A stretch of DNA of 63,963 bases, counting the filler, from Octopus bimaculoides (taxonomy: Eukaryota), in assembly GCF_001194135.2 (NCBI RefSeq). It is 7 parts of 6 records of this genome, joined end to end, with 100 filler letters (N's around TTAATTAATTAA, not from the genome) between each part and the next. Parts side by side here need not be neighbours in the genome. Positions count along the whole stretch, not along the records: positions 1 to 19,102 come from NC_068981.1; positions 19,203 to 26,594 come from NC_068985.1; positions 26,695 to 38,116 come from NW_026318405.1; 4 more parts are not named here. The stretch is one strand, 5' to 3'. Numbering within the stretch: the stretch's first letter is position 1; the number at the start of each line of letters is the position of its first letter. The translations under genes were made by a program, and so were the position numbers. Shown one piece after another: positions 14,094 to 27,810 of this stretch. The notes beneath the pieces are model-generated. The model ran no database searches, had not been told where the DNA came from, and saw nothing but the letters and a program-made list of their open reading frames with translations.

Positions 14094-14721
14094 TTAACCG
14101 CATGTAAATACATTACTGCTCTATTATTTAGAGTGCTCTAGCTCGGGAACGAAATTTGCTTAGGGGGTGCAAACCCAGACCCAAAATGTTTTATAAATAA
14201 GGTCATATATTTTGTTTTATTTATTTATGTTCTTTGTTCTTTGAGAAGAAACCTAATTCAAAGTACGTTTTACAGATCACTTTTTACTCACTGTTTTCTA
14301 AATCTCAGAAAAGTAAGTAGAGGTGCAAATTTTGATTTTACACACCACAAACATTTTAGGGGGTGCAAGCGCACCCTCTGTTCCCGGGCCCATAGCTTTT
14401 CGGATATATGATCCACGGACGATACACGCGCGCGCGCGCGTGTGTATGTGTGTGTCCCCGTATATGTATGTAATGTATATGTGCATGTGTAATACTAATA
14501 TATGTATGCATACATGTGTGACGAAACGTAAATGGTATTTATGCAACAATGAATAATATCTATGTAGTTATTTATTTGTGAATAAATATGTTTGTAACAA
14601 GCACTTGGACCGACAGAAATTTGTACGTAAATTGTGTGTGGGAGTAAGGAAGTGAGACGTCTGTGTGTGCATGTCTGTTTGTGTGTGCACAGGTGTGTGG
14701 TGGTTGTGGTGGTGCTGTTAT

Positions 14722-14807
<86 letters not shown>

Positions 14808-15330
14808 AGCCTCGGATCAGTTCTGATCGAGCAGGTCTATGATCAAAGTTATTCCGTTATGTTCTTTTCTAAGACAGAAATAGGGTGTCGCTTAAGGTTT
14901 AGATCAGCCGGAGCTTTGAGAAAGATTTGCCAACTATTTCTAGCGTGTCGAACGACTGACGGCATGAAGTCTTCTTTGCTGGTTCGTGTATGAAGAAGAG
15001 AGCATGCGTGTGTGTATGTATATGTTTTTGCAAGTGCATTTACATGTAAAGATTCAACAAACAGCATGTGAAATATGTAAAATATTTGTAAAGAATGCTG
15101 GCATTCTGCAGTAAAATAATTAAATTTAAAAAAACAACTTTCAAAATTAAAAGCAAAAGTTAAAGCCTAAGGATTTAAATGATTTTACGCTGTCTACTTG
15201 TAGTTACGAGTGGATATGAACGGTTGTCGAAGTGTAAGACAATGAAACAATCAGGGAACCAAAATTTGAGTAGCATTGTAGAATACAGTCAACTTATGTC
15301 TGAGCTTGAAATTCTAGCATCTTTCGATGG

Positions 15331-15375
<45 letters not shown>

Positions 15376-15404
15376 CATGCGTTCGGGCGTATTTGCATGC
15401 AATT

Positions 15405-15610
15405 CTACTTGTTTCAGTCAATGGACTGCAGCCATGCTGGAGAATCGACTTACAGTGTTGGTCGAATAAGTCGACCCCAGTACCATCTTTAAAATCTAGT
15501 GTTTATTCTATCGGTCTCTTTTGCCAAATCGCTTGGTTACTGAGACGTAAAACAAACAACACCAGTTGTCAAGTGTTCGTCGGGACAAACACAACCACAA
15601 AGACACATGC
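15405..15610 (-). mobile_element. SINE 3' module D, diverged
   Basis: Reverse complement of the gtcgatt...ccagcatggc.gcagtc...gactgaaacaagt module. Confidence 0.75.
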
Positions 15611-15638
15611 TTACACTCTTAAAGAGACACACATCCAT

Positions 15639-15670
<32 letters not shown>

Positions 15671-15721
15671 GTGCATGCATACATACATACACATATACAT
15701 GCATACAAACACACATATATA

Positions 15722-15778
<57 letters not shown>

Positions 15779-15814
15779 ATATATGTATATTATATATACA
15801 TATATACATATACG

Positions 15815-16020
15815 TGTGTGTGTCTTTGTGTCTGTGTTTGCTCTCCTCACACCGCTCGATAACCGGTGTTGCTTTGTTTACGTCCCCGTATTCTAGCGGT
15901 TGGGCAAAATTAGAAACCGATGTAATATGTACCAAATTTTAAAATAAACTACTGGGTCGATTTATTCGACTAAACTCGTCAAGGCTTTACTCCAGCATGG
16001 CCACAGTCCGATGACTACAC
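15815..16020 (+). mobile_element. SINE 3' module D, diverged
   Basis: tgtttacgtccccgta...gggtcgatttattcgact...ccagcatggccacagtc. Confidence 0.75.
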
Positions 16021-16816
16021 CAAGGAGCCTATAATATATATGCTATTATCACCATCCTTTCGGGGTCGACAAAAGAAAAAAAATATCATACCAATCCAAG
16101 GATGTAGAATGGTGGTATTTGTTCCAGCTCTTTGTGTTTGAATACAAATCTCGAAATGGCCCACTTGGTAGTGGGGGCCGTCATCCGTCGCCTGCTAAAG
16201 ATTCTTTAGCGGAAGATTCCACTTTGTTGCACGCTTTGGGGCCAGCTCTTCGGTTTGCGGATATTTTCTTCCCTCCCACCAATCTCAGAAGCCTTATGAA
16301 GAATCATGGGTACTGCTTTCTCTCTTGACTAAAGAAGAAAGTTTTTATATTTATGTGAGAAAACGGCAGACATATTTGTTACTAGTGAATTATTGTCACT
16401 TTTCGAACCGAAACATATTTGAAATTTAATAGTATTTGATAATTTATAACGAAAGATGATAAGTATAGTAAGTATGTATATCTATGTTGTTAATATGTTA
16501 TTATTATTAAGCCCTGGTTTAGAAATGATCACTCATCTAGGATCAAAGGCACTCCCGCCAGGTTTCTTTTCTTTTCAGGAAGTGTATCTACGAATACATT
16601 ATCCAATATGTTCTACATGATTTTAAAGACAGTAGGATGAGCTTTGGGGGAGATGGGTTACTGTTTCTAGCAGTTCAAACGGTCCTGTCAAGACTCCCTT
16701 CCACTCATTGCTAGAACCATGGCTTTATCTTCAAAGCAGTTATCAATAGTGAGCGTTCTTCTCAAACTACTGCTGGGATTCATAAATATTTGTATATTAT
16801 TTTGTATGATGTGTGA

Positions 16817-16862
<46 letters not shown>

Positions 16863-17286
16863 ATACATAAATACATACATACACACACAAACACAAACAC
16901 ACACATACATATTAATAGTATCTTTTAAAAGAACGTATATCTAAAAGATATCAAAGAGGATGAGATTGAGAAACTTCAGTATTTTCAAACATCCAATCTT
17001 CAATCTTACTCAAGTATTTCATTTTATTTTTTTTTAATTATTTTATTTTACGTTTCAACTAAGACCAAGAGAAATATAAAAAGTAAATGTTCAGTACTTA
17101 AGATTTGCTGTGATCGTTTCATTCTTGCGATGATATTAAAATATTTTGCTAGTACTCCCACATTCCATTTTTAGGCTACAAATAAAGTCTTATAGTGAAT
17201 TAATAAATAATTTAATTTAACTTCTTTTCAAAACATGGCAAAGTTAATTATATAATGTAGTTAGTTTCAGTTTTGAGAATACAACA

Positions 17287-17338
17287 TCAGTAAAGCTGAC
17301 TAAAGTGAACGGCAAGCGCCTCGTTTTGAATTAGCAAA
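17287..17338 (-). CDS. Putative terminal exon of a second unidentified gene: (S)LLIQNEALAVHFSQLY*
   Basis: Acceptor ttctgactattcttgcag| with a CTGAC branch site; phase 2 matches the upstream exon; TGA at 17287-17289; AT-rich downstream region with AATAAA-like sites near 17020-17045. Confidence 0.5.
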
Positions 17339-17507
17339 CTGCAAGAATAGTCAGAACAATAGCTGTAGGAAGAATACACCTTTTGTCTCATATGTCTTCG
17401 GTACATTAACCAAAAGGGGAAAAAATGCATTGTTAGCAGTAGATTAAAAATACATTCATTCTTAACAGATGCAACATCAAACAGATTAGGAGGCTAATTT
17501 TTATGAC

Positions 17508-17603
17508 CTGTACAATGATGAGTTCCTCATGTCAGTGTAGCATGAAGAGGAGATGGGCTCCACTAGGTTTATTTGCTCCATGCATTCTACATGTAGACAG
17601 AGC
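17508..17603 (-). CDS. Putative internal exon: LCLHVECMEQINLVEPISSSCYTDMRNSSLY
   Basis: Strong acceptor atcatctttctctttag|g, donor cag|gtcata, 96 nt phase 2-2, only one open frame, 169-nt intron to the next exon. Confidence 0.55.
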
Positions 17604-18299
17604 CTAAAGAGAAAGATGATATGAAGCAAACTAGACAAGTTTATGTTACTAAATTGCTACGGAAGTCATGGGTTGGATCGTATTTTTCATAATCACAACA
17701 TTTTGCACTAGAGTTTTTATATGATTGTATACATAGTATACAATCATATCTTCTAAGTATGTAAAGTTAATTGATATATATATATATTTTTTTCAATGTT
17801 AAGTGATATTATAGGCAACAATATCAAACCGAAAAGAGAAACTTTCCCAAATGCTGCTAATGATCTTTATTATGCATTCTATTTAAATTATTAGAAGTTT
17901 GTTCATTCATAAATATGTTATTTATGACATCTAAAAACATTCTACTTTAAGTGATATTTAAAAAAATTACCGTATCTGTTCGTTCAATAATCTGTTATTT
18001 TGTTTAAATTGCTAACATAATCTATTTTTCTCAAGTACACCGTACATATTTTTTTGTTTATTTAATTTCTTTCATATCATTTTATTAACCTTAGCTTTTA
18101 TAATTCATTCTATATTAACTTGGTTGGGTTGTAAGGAAATCCTGGGAGACTTCATCTCTGTATACAATATCTAAGACAAGTCCGGCTGATGTCATCAATC
18201 CATTCTTCAAGCTATATTCAACGGAGGAACTCGTTACTGCACATTAGTAAACGCTTCGTCAATTTTACAGCGCAGCTCTACCACAGCCTACATTGATGA

Positions 18300-18560
18300 A
18301 TTATTCCTGTTTTAAAAGGAGTCTATTGTTGGGTGGCCTGTACCTTGTTATGTGAAGGTCTAGCATTGTCACATTTGTGTCACGCTGATTCTACCTAAGA
18401 AATATATTAAGTGTACACATGTCTGTAGAATACTCAGTCACTTCGCACACAAATTCAACGAGCAGGCTGTCCATTTCAACAAGCAATTGAACGCTCAAAC
18501 GTCGAAATCGATGAGAGAGGCCATTAATATTCCCATCCAGCTGAATATATTTGCATCTTT
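18300..18560 (+). mobile_element. Old SINE family A-related copy
   Basis: ttgtcacatttgtgtcacgctgatt...aagtgtacacatgtctgtag...ctcagtcactt matches the family A body. Confidence 0.7.
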
Positions 18561-19146
18561 ATAGGAGGAGATATTGGAGAATTATAATTTCTTAACTACA
18601 TAGCTAAGCCTTCAGTATTTTATTTCTTTGATGAGTGATCAGGATCTTTTGCAACTGCTTCACTTGTCTCTGAAGTGTGTTAGAATGTTAGAAATAATTC
18701 TCTTCCACACAAAATAACGTCAGTTGCTTATGTTTAGTTGAAGTTCAGCATTGCAAGGTAATGAAGCACAGCAATGCAATTTGGTGGTGGTGGCGGCGGC
18801 GGCGGCGGCGGTGGTGGTGGTGGTGACGATGACGACGATGATGGCACCAAACACCGGCATGCAGAAACATATACGCATTCAACTTTTACACTATTACAAT
18901 GTGTATAATAGTGTAAAGTTTGAATATTATAAAACGAATTAACTGTGTATATCTGTGAGCATGGTGTTAGAAATTGTAAATACCAATTTCATATAGAAAA
19001 AGGAGAAACAGACCCACTAATGGGTTAGAACCACTTATCTATCGCTTGCTAGGTGACCAACCAATCTCTCTCTCTCTCTCTCTCTATATATACATATATA
19101 TANNNNNNNNNNNNNNNNNNNNNNNNNNNNNNNNNNNNNNNNNNNN

Positions 19147-19158
19147 TTAATTAATTAA
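19147..19158. other. Artificial TTAATTAATTAA gap spacer (also at 26639, 38161, 48821, 55052, 60001)
   Basis: Always centred in a 100-nt gap (44 N + 12 + 44 N); places stop codons in all six frames. Confidence 0.95.
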
Positions 19159-22100
19159 NNNNNNNNNNNNNNNNNNNNNNNNNNNNNNNNNNNNNNNNNN
19201 NNTACATGTAGCAAGAATGGCACGTATAAATGACGAATAAATGACCATGATTCTATAAAACGTTTTAAAATTTTGTAAACAGAGAGTTACTTACGTTTCT
19301 TGCTTAAATAAAAGAAATTTTATTTAACAAACTGTGACGCTAAAGACCGAGGTTACCGTGGTCTTTTCGTAGGTTTTTCTTTCCACGGATAACCTCCCCA
19401 TTTATTGGGAATTTTTTGTATTATTTCGTATTTTTTGTAAATACCCCAAACGTTTTGCGATGTTTTTTTTTCATCGTTGTCCCCACTTTTGTTTGTTTTC
19501 TGCTTTGTTTTCGACCCCCTCGAAAAGAAAAACTCTACATTTGTATTTTGTCCCCTCTGTGTTGAGCCCTGTGAGGCTAATAAAGAAACCTATCTATTTA
19601 TCTATCTATCCATCTATCTCTCTATATATGTATATATATGCTCACACATACATTTGTAACCATTCACATACTTAATATATATGCACAAATGTCTATCATG
19701 TGGTATATGTATGTATATATATGCATGTATATGTATATACACGTATATGTATATACATGTCTTCGTGTGTATATATGCGTGAATGTAAATTTCAAGCATG
19801 TTCCATCATCCACAGACACCTCTCCGTGCATGTATAACTATACTACATATTTTGCTATAGCAAGTACAGCTTCATTCCCGGTAACGTGTTTTTATCACTT
19901 TATACGTTAATGGTATTTCACTTGCATTCATTTTCTTTTTATTATATTTCATAACTGAGTCTGATATATTAGATGTTTATATATGCGCCCCACTCTCTCT
20001 GTCTCTGTTTCAATGTCTCTCTCTAATACTCTGGTATTCATTATGAATCCGCTTATTCATAAATATACTGTGAATACTACTACTCGACAGTCTTCCGATT
20101 CAGGCAGCTTAACTTAGCTGCTGTCAGATACTATTAACTAATACTGACATCTTGATCAACAACAGCCCCTATTACCTATAATGGTTCACTCCCAAAAGCA
20201 ATATCCATCATGAATGTTAAGATTTATTCAATATTAAGTATTTTCGTGCTGAATATCTGTCGCTTTTATTTCTTGTTTCTAAATTTAAAAATCATTAAAT
20301 CTTCATGATGAGAATTATCATCAATAAAATCATCATGGTCATTGTCACCGTCGTCGTCGTCGTCATCATCATCATCATTATAATCATCACCATCATCGAC
20401 ATAGTCGGCAACATAACCCACTGTACCATTACTAACACCAACACCAACAACCACGACAAAACAGCAATAGTATTATCAATATAATCAAATAATAATAATA
20501 ATAATAATAATAATAATCACTATATCATCAGATTCAGATCATAATTGCCACCACCACCACCACTACTATCACCATCATCATTACAAACAGCAATACCATG
20601 ATAATCATTATCATTATCATCAGGACCAGTAAAACAGTTATTCTCATGACCATCTCCATTGTAATCATGAATAGCCTCACCGCTATCATAAACAACTAGA
20701 TTGTAATCCTTAATATCTTTAAAAAATTACCATTAACATCATCGTCGTAGACGCCGTGAACTTCGGCATGTACTGGTCAAATATCCTCCATACTTCAGTT
20801 CCCTTATGACATTATTTCCGTCACATAATATATGTTAGAGAAACTCGCATAACGCACAGTTTTCGAAATACTTCCTTGTATAGTTGAGAAGGTATGTAGG
20901 ATGTCGCTCTACCGAGTAGAATTACCCATAGTATATCTCCCTCACGAGAGGCTGTTATCTTAGGAATACGAGCCATCTATCAAGGAAAGTATACATTATA
21001 CTACAAAAAAGCATGTTGGTCACGATTGAAACATATTTAAGCATAGATCTGATGAGTAAAATCTGATTTGGTGGGGCAAAACATATTTACTGTCTTTCCT
21101 ATATACTAGGAAAAGAGAGTCCATTGTTCATTCATTCGCTGTGCTTTCTTCCTTAAAGCTACAACTTCTGTAATTGCTTGAAGCAAAATCTGCAAACAAG
21201 TTCTAGTCCCAATGAACAAATATTGTGCATAACTCAAACTGACAAGTAATATAATGTTGAATGATATTTTCTACATAGAAACTGCATTAAAGTCTCCCTC
21301 TCTGTTCCCTCTCTGCCTGTCTGTCTGTCTCTTTCTCTCTCTGTTACTGTCTGTCTCTCTCTCTCTCTCACACACACACACGCACACACACACACACAAA
21401 CACACACACAAACACACACATACAAACACATACACAACCAAACATATACATAAAGGCGCACATTCCAACACAAAAATACAGTTACACACACATGCTATCT
21501 GAACAGCTTTCTCTCTTACACACACATTCATACACACATTCGCCCACTAGTCTCACTCTTTGTCTCTCTGTTTCTCTCTTTCTATCCACATATGTCCACA
21601 TATAGTGTTCACAATCGTAGTCTCGTTCCAACAATTGTCTTAACCATATGATAACGTCTGCAATAGAAATGTGGGCCGAATGGGATGGCGATTTAAACTC
21701 AGGAACAAAGACTTGCAAAAAAGACCCATTGAATTTACGTTGTTCTTATAGCAGGGCGTGTTAGCTACAGTAGTTTTTGCAGAGCACTCAAGGCGTGCAA
21801 GTCAGAGATAGATGGAAGATTGGGAAAGGAAAGGACGGATGGAGGTGGGAAAAAAGAGAATTTGTGAATTAGTTTCAGAATTTGCTGATTAGTACCAGAT
21901 CACCTCATGGATCGAATATATCAGTCATCAAATGCACTCCAATTGTGGCCATCCTAATTTTTTTTTCACTATGATAGGTTACCGAATGAGACCGTTTTTT
22001 TTAGGGTAAGTGTAATTTCATAACTTGCTACTATTACTAACAACTACGAAGAGTCTTCCCTGAATGGTTCATAAGTTATCTACAGCATCTAACATATTCA

Positions 22101-23666
22101 TTCATCACTGTTACAGAATCATGTGAATGACCTTCACCGCAGCATCACCTAGGTATGTTTCTTCAAGTGAAAAGTTAAAATGTTTCCTAGTATTTTTCTA
22201 TATATTGTTCAGGTATGCATCGCAATCACTTAGATAAAGTTTTGTTTCTGTATGCTGTTAGCACTTTAACTACTTAAGTATTATGGATATATATATAAGC
22301 ATGTCGTATATGAACCTTGATCAGGCTCGAAATAACGTTCACCAGAGCTAAAACATATCCCGAAGCTAGATTCAATATGAACTGGAACCATTTTACACTC
22401 TTTTATTACTTCGATGATTTAAGACATTAAATCACGGTCATTTCTGACAAATCTCCAGTAATATTAATTACATTCAAACTCAAATGGCTAGTAAGATACT
22501 TTCTCAGTCTAGTAATCGAATACACGAATGCATATTTTCAGGTACGCCCGTTCTTTAGAGTTATCTCTCGTGTAGCAACGCGAATATCTTTTGCCGTTTA
22601 AGTGATTTTCATTGGTGTACAACAAAACATACATTCAAACATGACTTCATACATACATTCGTATATACATACACACTCGCGCACTCGCGCACGCACACAC
22701 ACACACATACACACACCCACTCCACATGCACTCACACACATACAGGGATGTATGCTGTATGCAAATATGTGTATGTGTCAGTGTGTCCTGGGTTTTCCGC
22801 AGTGTCTACCGATAAAGTTTCACAAATCAGTTTATGTCAAAAATTATGTTGTGCGCAATTCTTCCTAGTCCGGTCACGTGAATTAGTTACCTTTTTTTTT
22901 TTCGTCAAGAAATTTTACATCTCTAGCCTGGGTTTTGTGAAATATGTGGGGGTGATCGCTCAACATCTTTTTACCGGTCGAGATGTTTGTCATTTAGTNN
23001 NNNNNNNNTTATATTGACATTATGTGACTGGTATCTATTCCTGATAAAAATTAATTAACAAGTTGTCCCAGTCACTGCCCGTCATCCCCCCCACCCCGCT
23101 AACTGTGCATCCTCGACCATGTGATATAATGTTCCCCATCCTTTGAAAGCAGTGATGTGCTATTTGTAGGAGATTTGACTGCTGTTTCCATTATTATTAT
23201 TCATGATTATAGCTGTAGTAAGGGTAAACATCGTAAAATATAATTAGTTAGAAGAAACTTTGTCTAAATAGTGTCTGTGACACTATTTAAATTTCTGTTA
23301 TATCAATATCGTATCATTAATGTTGCACATTAATGATGCAACATTGAGAATGGCTTACGTTTCATGAGTCCTGTAACAATGAATGTCACTTATATTCCTT
23401 GCATTCGTTATATATCTTCCTCTATGGAGAATCAATAACAAATGAGATTAAATATTTGTAACATTCGTCTGTGAAATTCATGAACGAGTTTCAAATATTC
23501 ATGGACTCTGGATTTTGATAGTTTATCCTTAAACTCATTTCGTAAGTGGTCGTTGTTATAGATGTAGAGATAAGCCATTTGTTTTGTAACTATACTGCAA
23601 CTTGCTCAAATATTTTTTTCAGCGATTTGAGTGTAAAATGTGACAGACGGAAATGCTACCACACAG

Positions 23667-23699
<33 letters not shown>

Positions 23700-24239
23700 C
23701 TATATATATATATATCTATCTATCTATCTATCTATCTATCTGCCTACCTACCTACCTATCTATCTCTGTACATATACGTTCACACATAAACACACGCACG
23801 CGAACACACACACACACACACACACATATGTATATATATAGTCTCGTGTTCCATTAAGGTAAGTTCAAACATAGTTACTCCATCCAGTTACAGATAAATA
23901 TGATTTAATATACACAATGTTAAAATAAGAAACAATAATAGTTTCTTGACATTGAGATACGTGTTAGGTTGCTTTTGTATAACATGTCATGTGTCTCCAA
24001 GTAAACTTAGGCCCTGGACACATGGTCCTATTTGAAACACAGAACGCTGGTACATGAGAAATTACGAGTAAAGAAAAGAAAAATGAGAAGATTGATGCAG
24101 AAAGTGAAATAAGACAAAAAGGTGAATGAAATCGGAAAAAGGAAGGAAATAAAAAATGTTAATTAGAGTTACGTTGCCTTTGACCGTAGAAATCTCAATT
24201 AAATCAAAATAGCTGGTGATACACTTGCTCAATCTGGAG

Positions 24240-24620
24240 ATAACTTAATAAAAATATCATACAGTTGCTGCCCCAGTATGAAGAAAATCATCACTTGCAA
24301 GTCTCATGGAGAAGCCACTCCCAGTATTAACTGTCTCGAACCTGAAACTTTCCCCCTTCACCAGGCGTGTATAATAAACTCTCTCGTCTAAGAGGCAGAA
24401 GTTCACGGCAACGTTTCAAGATAACGTAATTGAAAAGAAATATTACACAGGTTTCTGACAATGCAATTTTAAAAGACGTTATTGAAACCACCAGTCTTCT
24501 TTCTGGCACATCGTCAAATGTAAAGGCTCTAAGTTGTATACCCACGTATGATGTTTGAAGGGCAACAGCACACCATATACAATCAAATGGAGAATTTATG
24601 TTATATGTGAATGGATATGA
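24240..24620 (+). mobile_element. Decayed Penelope-like (Naiad-type) GIY-YIG remnant
   Basis: KISYSCCPSMKKIIT, INCLEPETFPLHQACIINSLV*EAEV, KKYYTG and RRY*NHQSSF are recognisable across frameshifts. Confidence 0.7.
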
Positions 24621-25539
24621 GATGCAACTAATCCGTAGCTGAAAGATAGCACACTCTTTTTACATGAAAGAATTCTATCATGGTACTAAATTCGAGATCA
24701 GAAATTTTTAGCAAATGCTAGCTTACGGACAAAATTTCTTTTTAGGAAGCGGTAGACACCACCCTCTCCAATTTGAGCAGCTGTACACGAGCTAGTTTAG
24801 TTTAATAATGATTTCTACAGTCAAAGGGACGTAAAACAAACTTTCTTTCTTTTCTATCCTTTCTTTTTCCAGTTTTATCCGGCCATTGTCTTCTCAATGC
24901 ATCATCCTACTTCTCGTTGGAAACAATATTGACAACAGCAACGGAACCTCCTAACCCCAACACACACTATAAGACATGCATCTCCTTCCATAAATCAAAT
25001 CACTCAGGCATGTCATGTAGTGTGGGAAGCCAAGTGTAAAAATGGAAAAAGTGTCAAACTAAGTAAGGAAAATAAAAAAAAGAAACAAAAGGAGCACAAA
25101 AGAAATCAGAAACCATAAATGTGGCAGGTTTGGTGAGAGGAGGTTTGAAGAAAGTTCATAGCAAGTAACGATAATATATGACAAAACCACAGTCCAGTCT
25201 CTTCCGAAAATTAACGAAAAATGCCCAAAACGAAGCATCATGAACTACACGTTGATAGACAAACAATTAACAAATTGCAAACATTAACACAAAAGCATCG
25301 TACATTCGAATACTTTAGCAACAGACTTGAAAATCATCAGAACAAAACAACATACGTAAAATAGAAAAAAAAAACATTAGAAAAGTCTCTCGGTGGAACA
25401 GGAAATTTCAGCAGGAGTATCGACAGAAGAGAGTACAACGACTTACTGCTGGAAACATTGACAAACAGCCGGGAGAAATGAACACATCTACTTAAACATG
25501 TTCAAAATAGATTAGTTAGTGCTCTGTCTAACAAGCAGG

Positions 25540-26420
25540 GAATTTGATGCATTCCAAATCGTAGCCCTATTCGGCCCAATAGGGGTAGGAACAGCCGATA
25601 TTTTTTTTGTGCTATTGGGATATTTTTGTATCATCTTGGAAAGACGATGGGGCAGGGAGGAGTTACACTGACATGGTGAGAACCTACACACAAGCCTGTT
25701 CAAACGTTTGCAACTCACTCGTACATAACGGTTTGATTTCTCGAATAGAGACACAGATAAAACAAATGTGGTCATCAAGATTGAATCTAGATAGAGGAGG
25801 ATCTTCTCATCACTTACTTTACTTCTACTTCTCTCACCCTTCTAATTATTCACACATGCATTCATCCTATGACTAGAACATGAATTACCACTCCTGACTA
25901 CTTGATGCACCTACGCCTTATAAATATTTTTTTATTCTCATAACCAACTGACGAAACAGTTCAACTATTGTGCAATGATGTTTCTAACATGCAATCACAC
26001 ATCCGCACTAACTTAAAATAAGACATTCACTAATATCTATCTCATAGATTTCACAATCCCTCACTAAATCATTATAGAATATTCTATCACACCTAAAAGT
26101 TTCATACTATATACTCTCCTCTTGGGAAGTAGAAGCAAAGAAACTCAAAATCCCATACGGACTAAATATACATTGACGTTCAGCAGTTTTGCACTAAATT
26201 ATGAACTGCTATAAAGAGAGCAATCCTTCAATATCTTTTGCCACATCACCTCAATATGTCCTACGAGTAACAATCTCCTATCCAAACGTTTGGATTATTT
26301 GCTGCCATTTATTTGACAGAGGTATCTTTCCTGAAATAATATAGAAGCACACAATGTAAGGTAATACAGTACATATTCTCTTTATATTAATCCACATCTG
26401 AAATATTTTAACCAACTTTT
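25540..26420 (+). mobile_element. Very decayed Penelope-like RT remnant
   Basis: QIVALFGPIGVGTADIF resembles the Q..G.AMGSPLGP.LANIF motif, followed by WKDDG; many stops. Confidence 0.4.
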
Positions 26421-26446
26421 CTCTAGGTTTGCTCAAAGATTTCCAA

Positions 26447-26525
<79 letters not shown>

Positions 26526-26694
26526 GTTTGGGACGAGTGGCGAGCGAGAACGCAGGGTGGACTTCAGTGCCTACCTGCACAGTCTGCCACGACTNNNNNN
26601 NNNNNNNNNNNNNNNNNNNNNNNNNNNNNNNNNNNNNNTTAATTAATTAANNNNNNNNNNNNNNNNNNNNNNNNNNNNNNNNNNNNNNNNNNNN

Positions 26695-26975
26695 ACGTGT
26701 ACCCTTAACGTAGTTCTCGGGGGGGATATTCAGCGTGACACAGAGTGTGACAAGGCTGACCCTTTGAATTACAGGCACAACAGAAACAGGAAGTAAGAGT
26801 GAGAGAAAGTTGTGGTGGAAGAGTACAGCAGGGTCCGCCACCATCCCCTGCCGGAGCCTCGTGGAGCTTTAGGTGTTTTCACTCAGTAAACACTCACAAC
26901 GCCCGGTCTGGGAATCGAAACCGCGATCCTATGACCGCGAGTCCGCTGCCCTAACCACTGGGCCATTGCGCCTCC
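26695..26975 (-). mobile_element. SINE family A
   Basis: High identity to 27-308; the left end is cut by a gap. Confidence 0.85.
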
Positions 26976-27189
26976 GCTTTTATAGTAATAATACTTTATT
27001 TACCACAAGGGTATAGATGAGCATGTCCCCTAGTGGCTAACGATATATGCTATGGACATTTTGATATACATACATTTACTGGTATATATATCTTGACAGC
27101 ATCAGCAGACACACACACACACACATTGACAATGTACATTCAGATATATATATATATACACACACACACATATATATATATATATATTG

Positions 27190-27241
<52 letters not shown>

Positions 27242-27338
27242 TATATATTCACATAGACACATGTTAACAAAGAGGCTCAATCAATCGCTGCAGATTAACT
27301 ACTCAGATATGAGCTAATGCTGACGACAAGATGATGTA

Positions 27339-27370
<32 letters not shown>

Positions 27371-27560
27371 CACATAAAAAAAAATATATATATACACCCA
27401 TATGTATAATGTAATATATACATATATATTACATACATATGTGTAAATACATACTACATTATAAAAATTTATATATACCCCCCACCCAAACAGACATGCA
27501 TATAAGTAATATATATATATACCACATTATAAAAATGTATAATCTACAGACACACACACA

Positions 27561-27604
<44 letters not shown>

Positions 27605-27605
<1 letters not shown>

Positions 27606-27810
27606 TCTTTTACTCTTTCACTTGTTTCAGTCATTTGACTGTGACCATGCTGGAGCACCGCCTTTAGTCGAGCAAATCGACCCTGGGACTTATTCTTTGT
27701 AAGCCTAGTACTTATTCTATCAGTAACTTTTGCTGAACCGCTAAGCTACGGGGATGCAAATGCACCAGCATCGGTTGTCAAGCAATGTTGGGGAGGACAA
27801 ACACAGACGC
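27605..27810 (-). mobile_element. SINE 3' module D
   Basis: cttgtttcagtcatttgactgtgaccatgctggagcaccgcctttagtcgagcaaatcgacc. Confidence 0.85.

Noticed and set aside
14140-14390. Possible MITE with gctcgggaac/gttcccgggc ends
   Set aside because: The inverted repeat is short and imperfect, with no clear TSD and no second copy in the window.
18120-18243. Minus open frame TSSSVEYSLKNGLMTSAGLVLDIVYRDEVSQDF with a plausible acceptor
   Set aside because: The only donor is weak and its phase is incompatible with the 17603 exon; unresolved without RNA data.
21755-21890. Plus frame GRVSYSSFCRALKACKSE (EF-hand-like)
   Set aside because: Short, weak donor, no partner exons.
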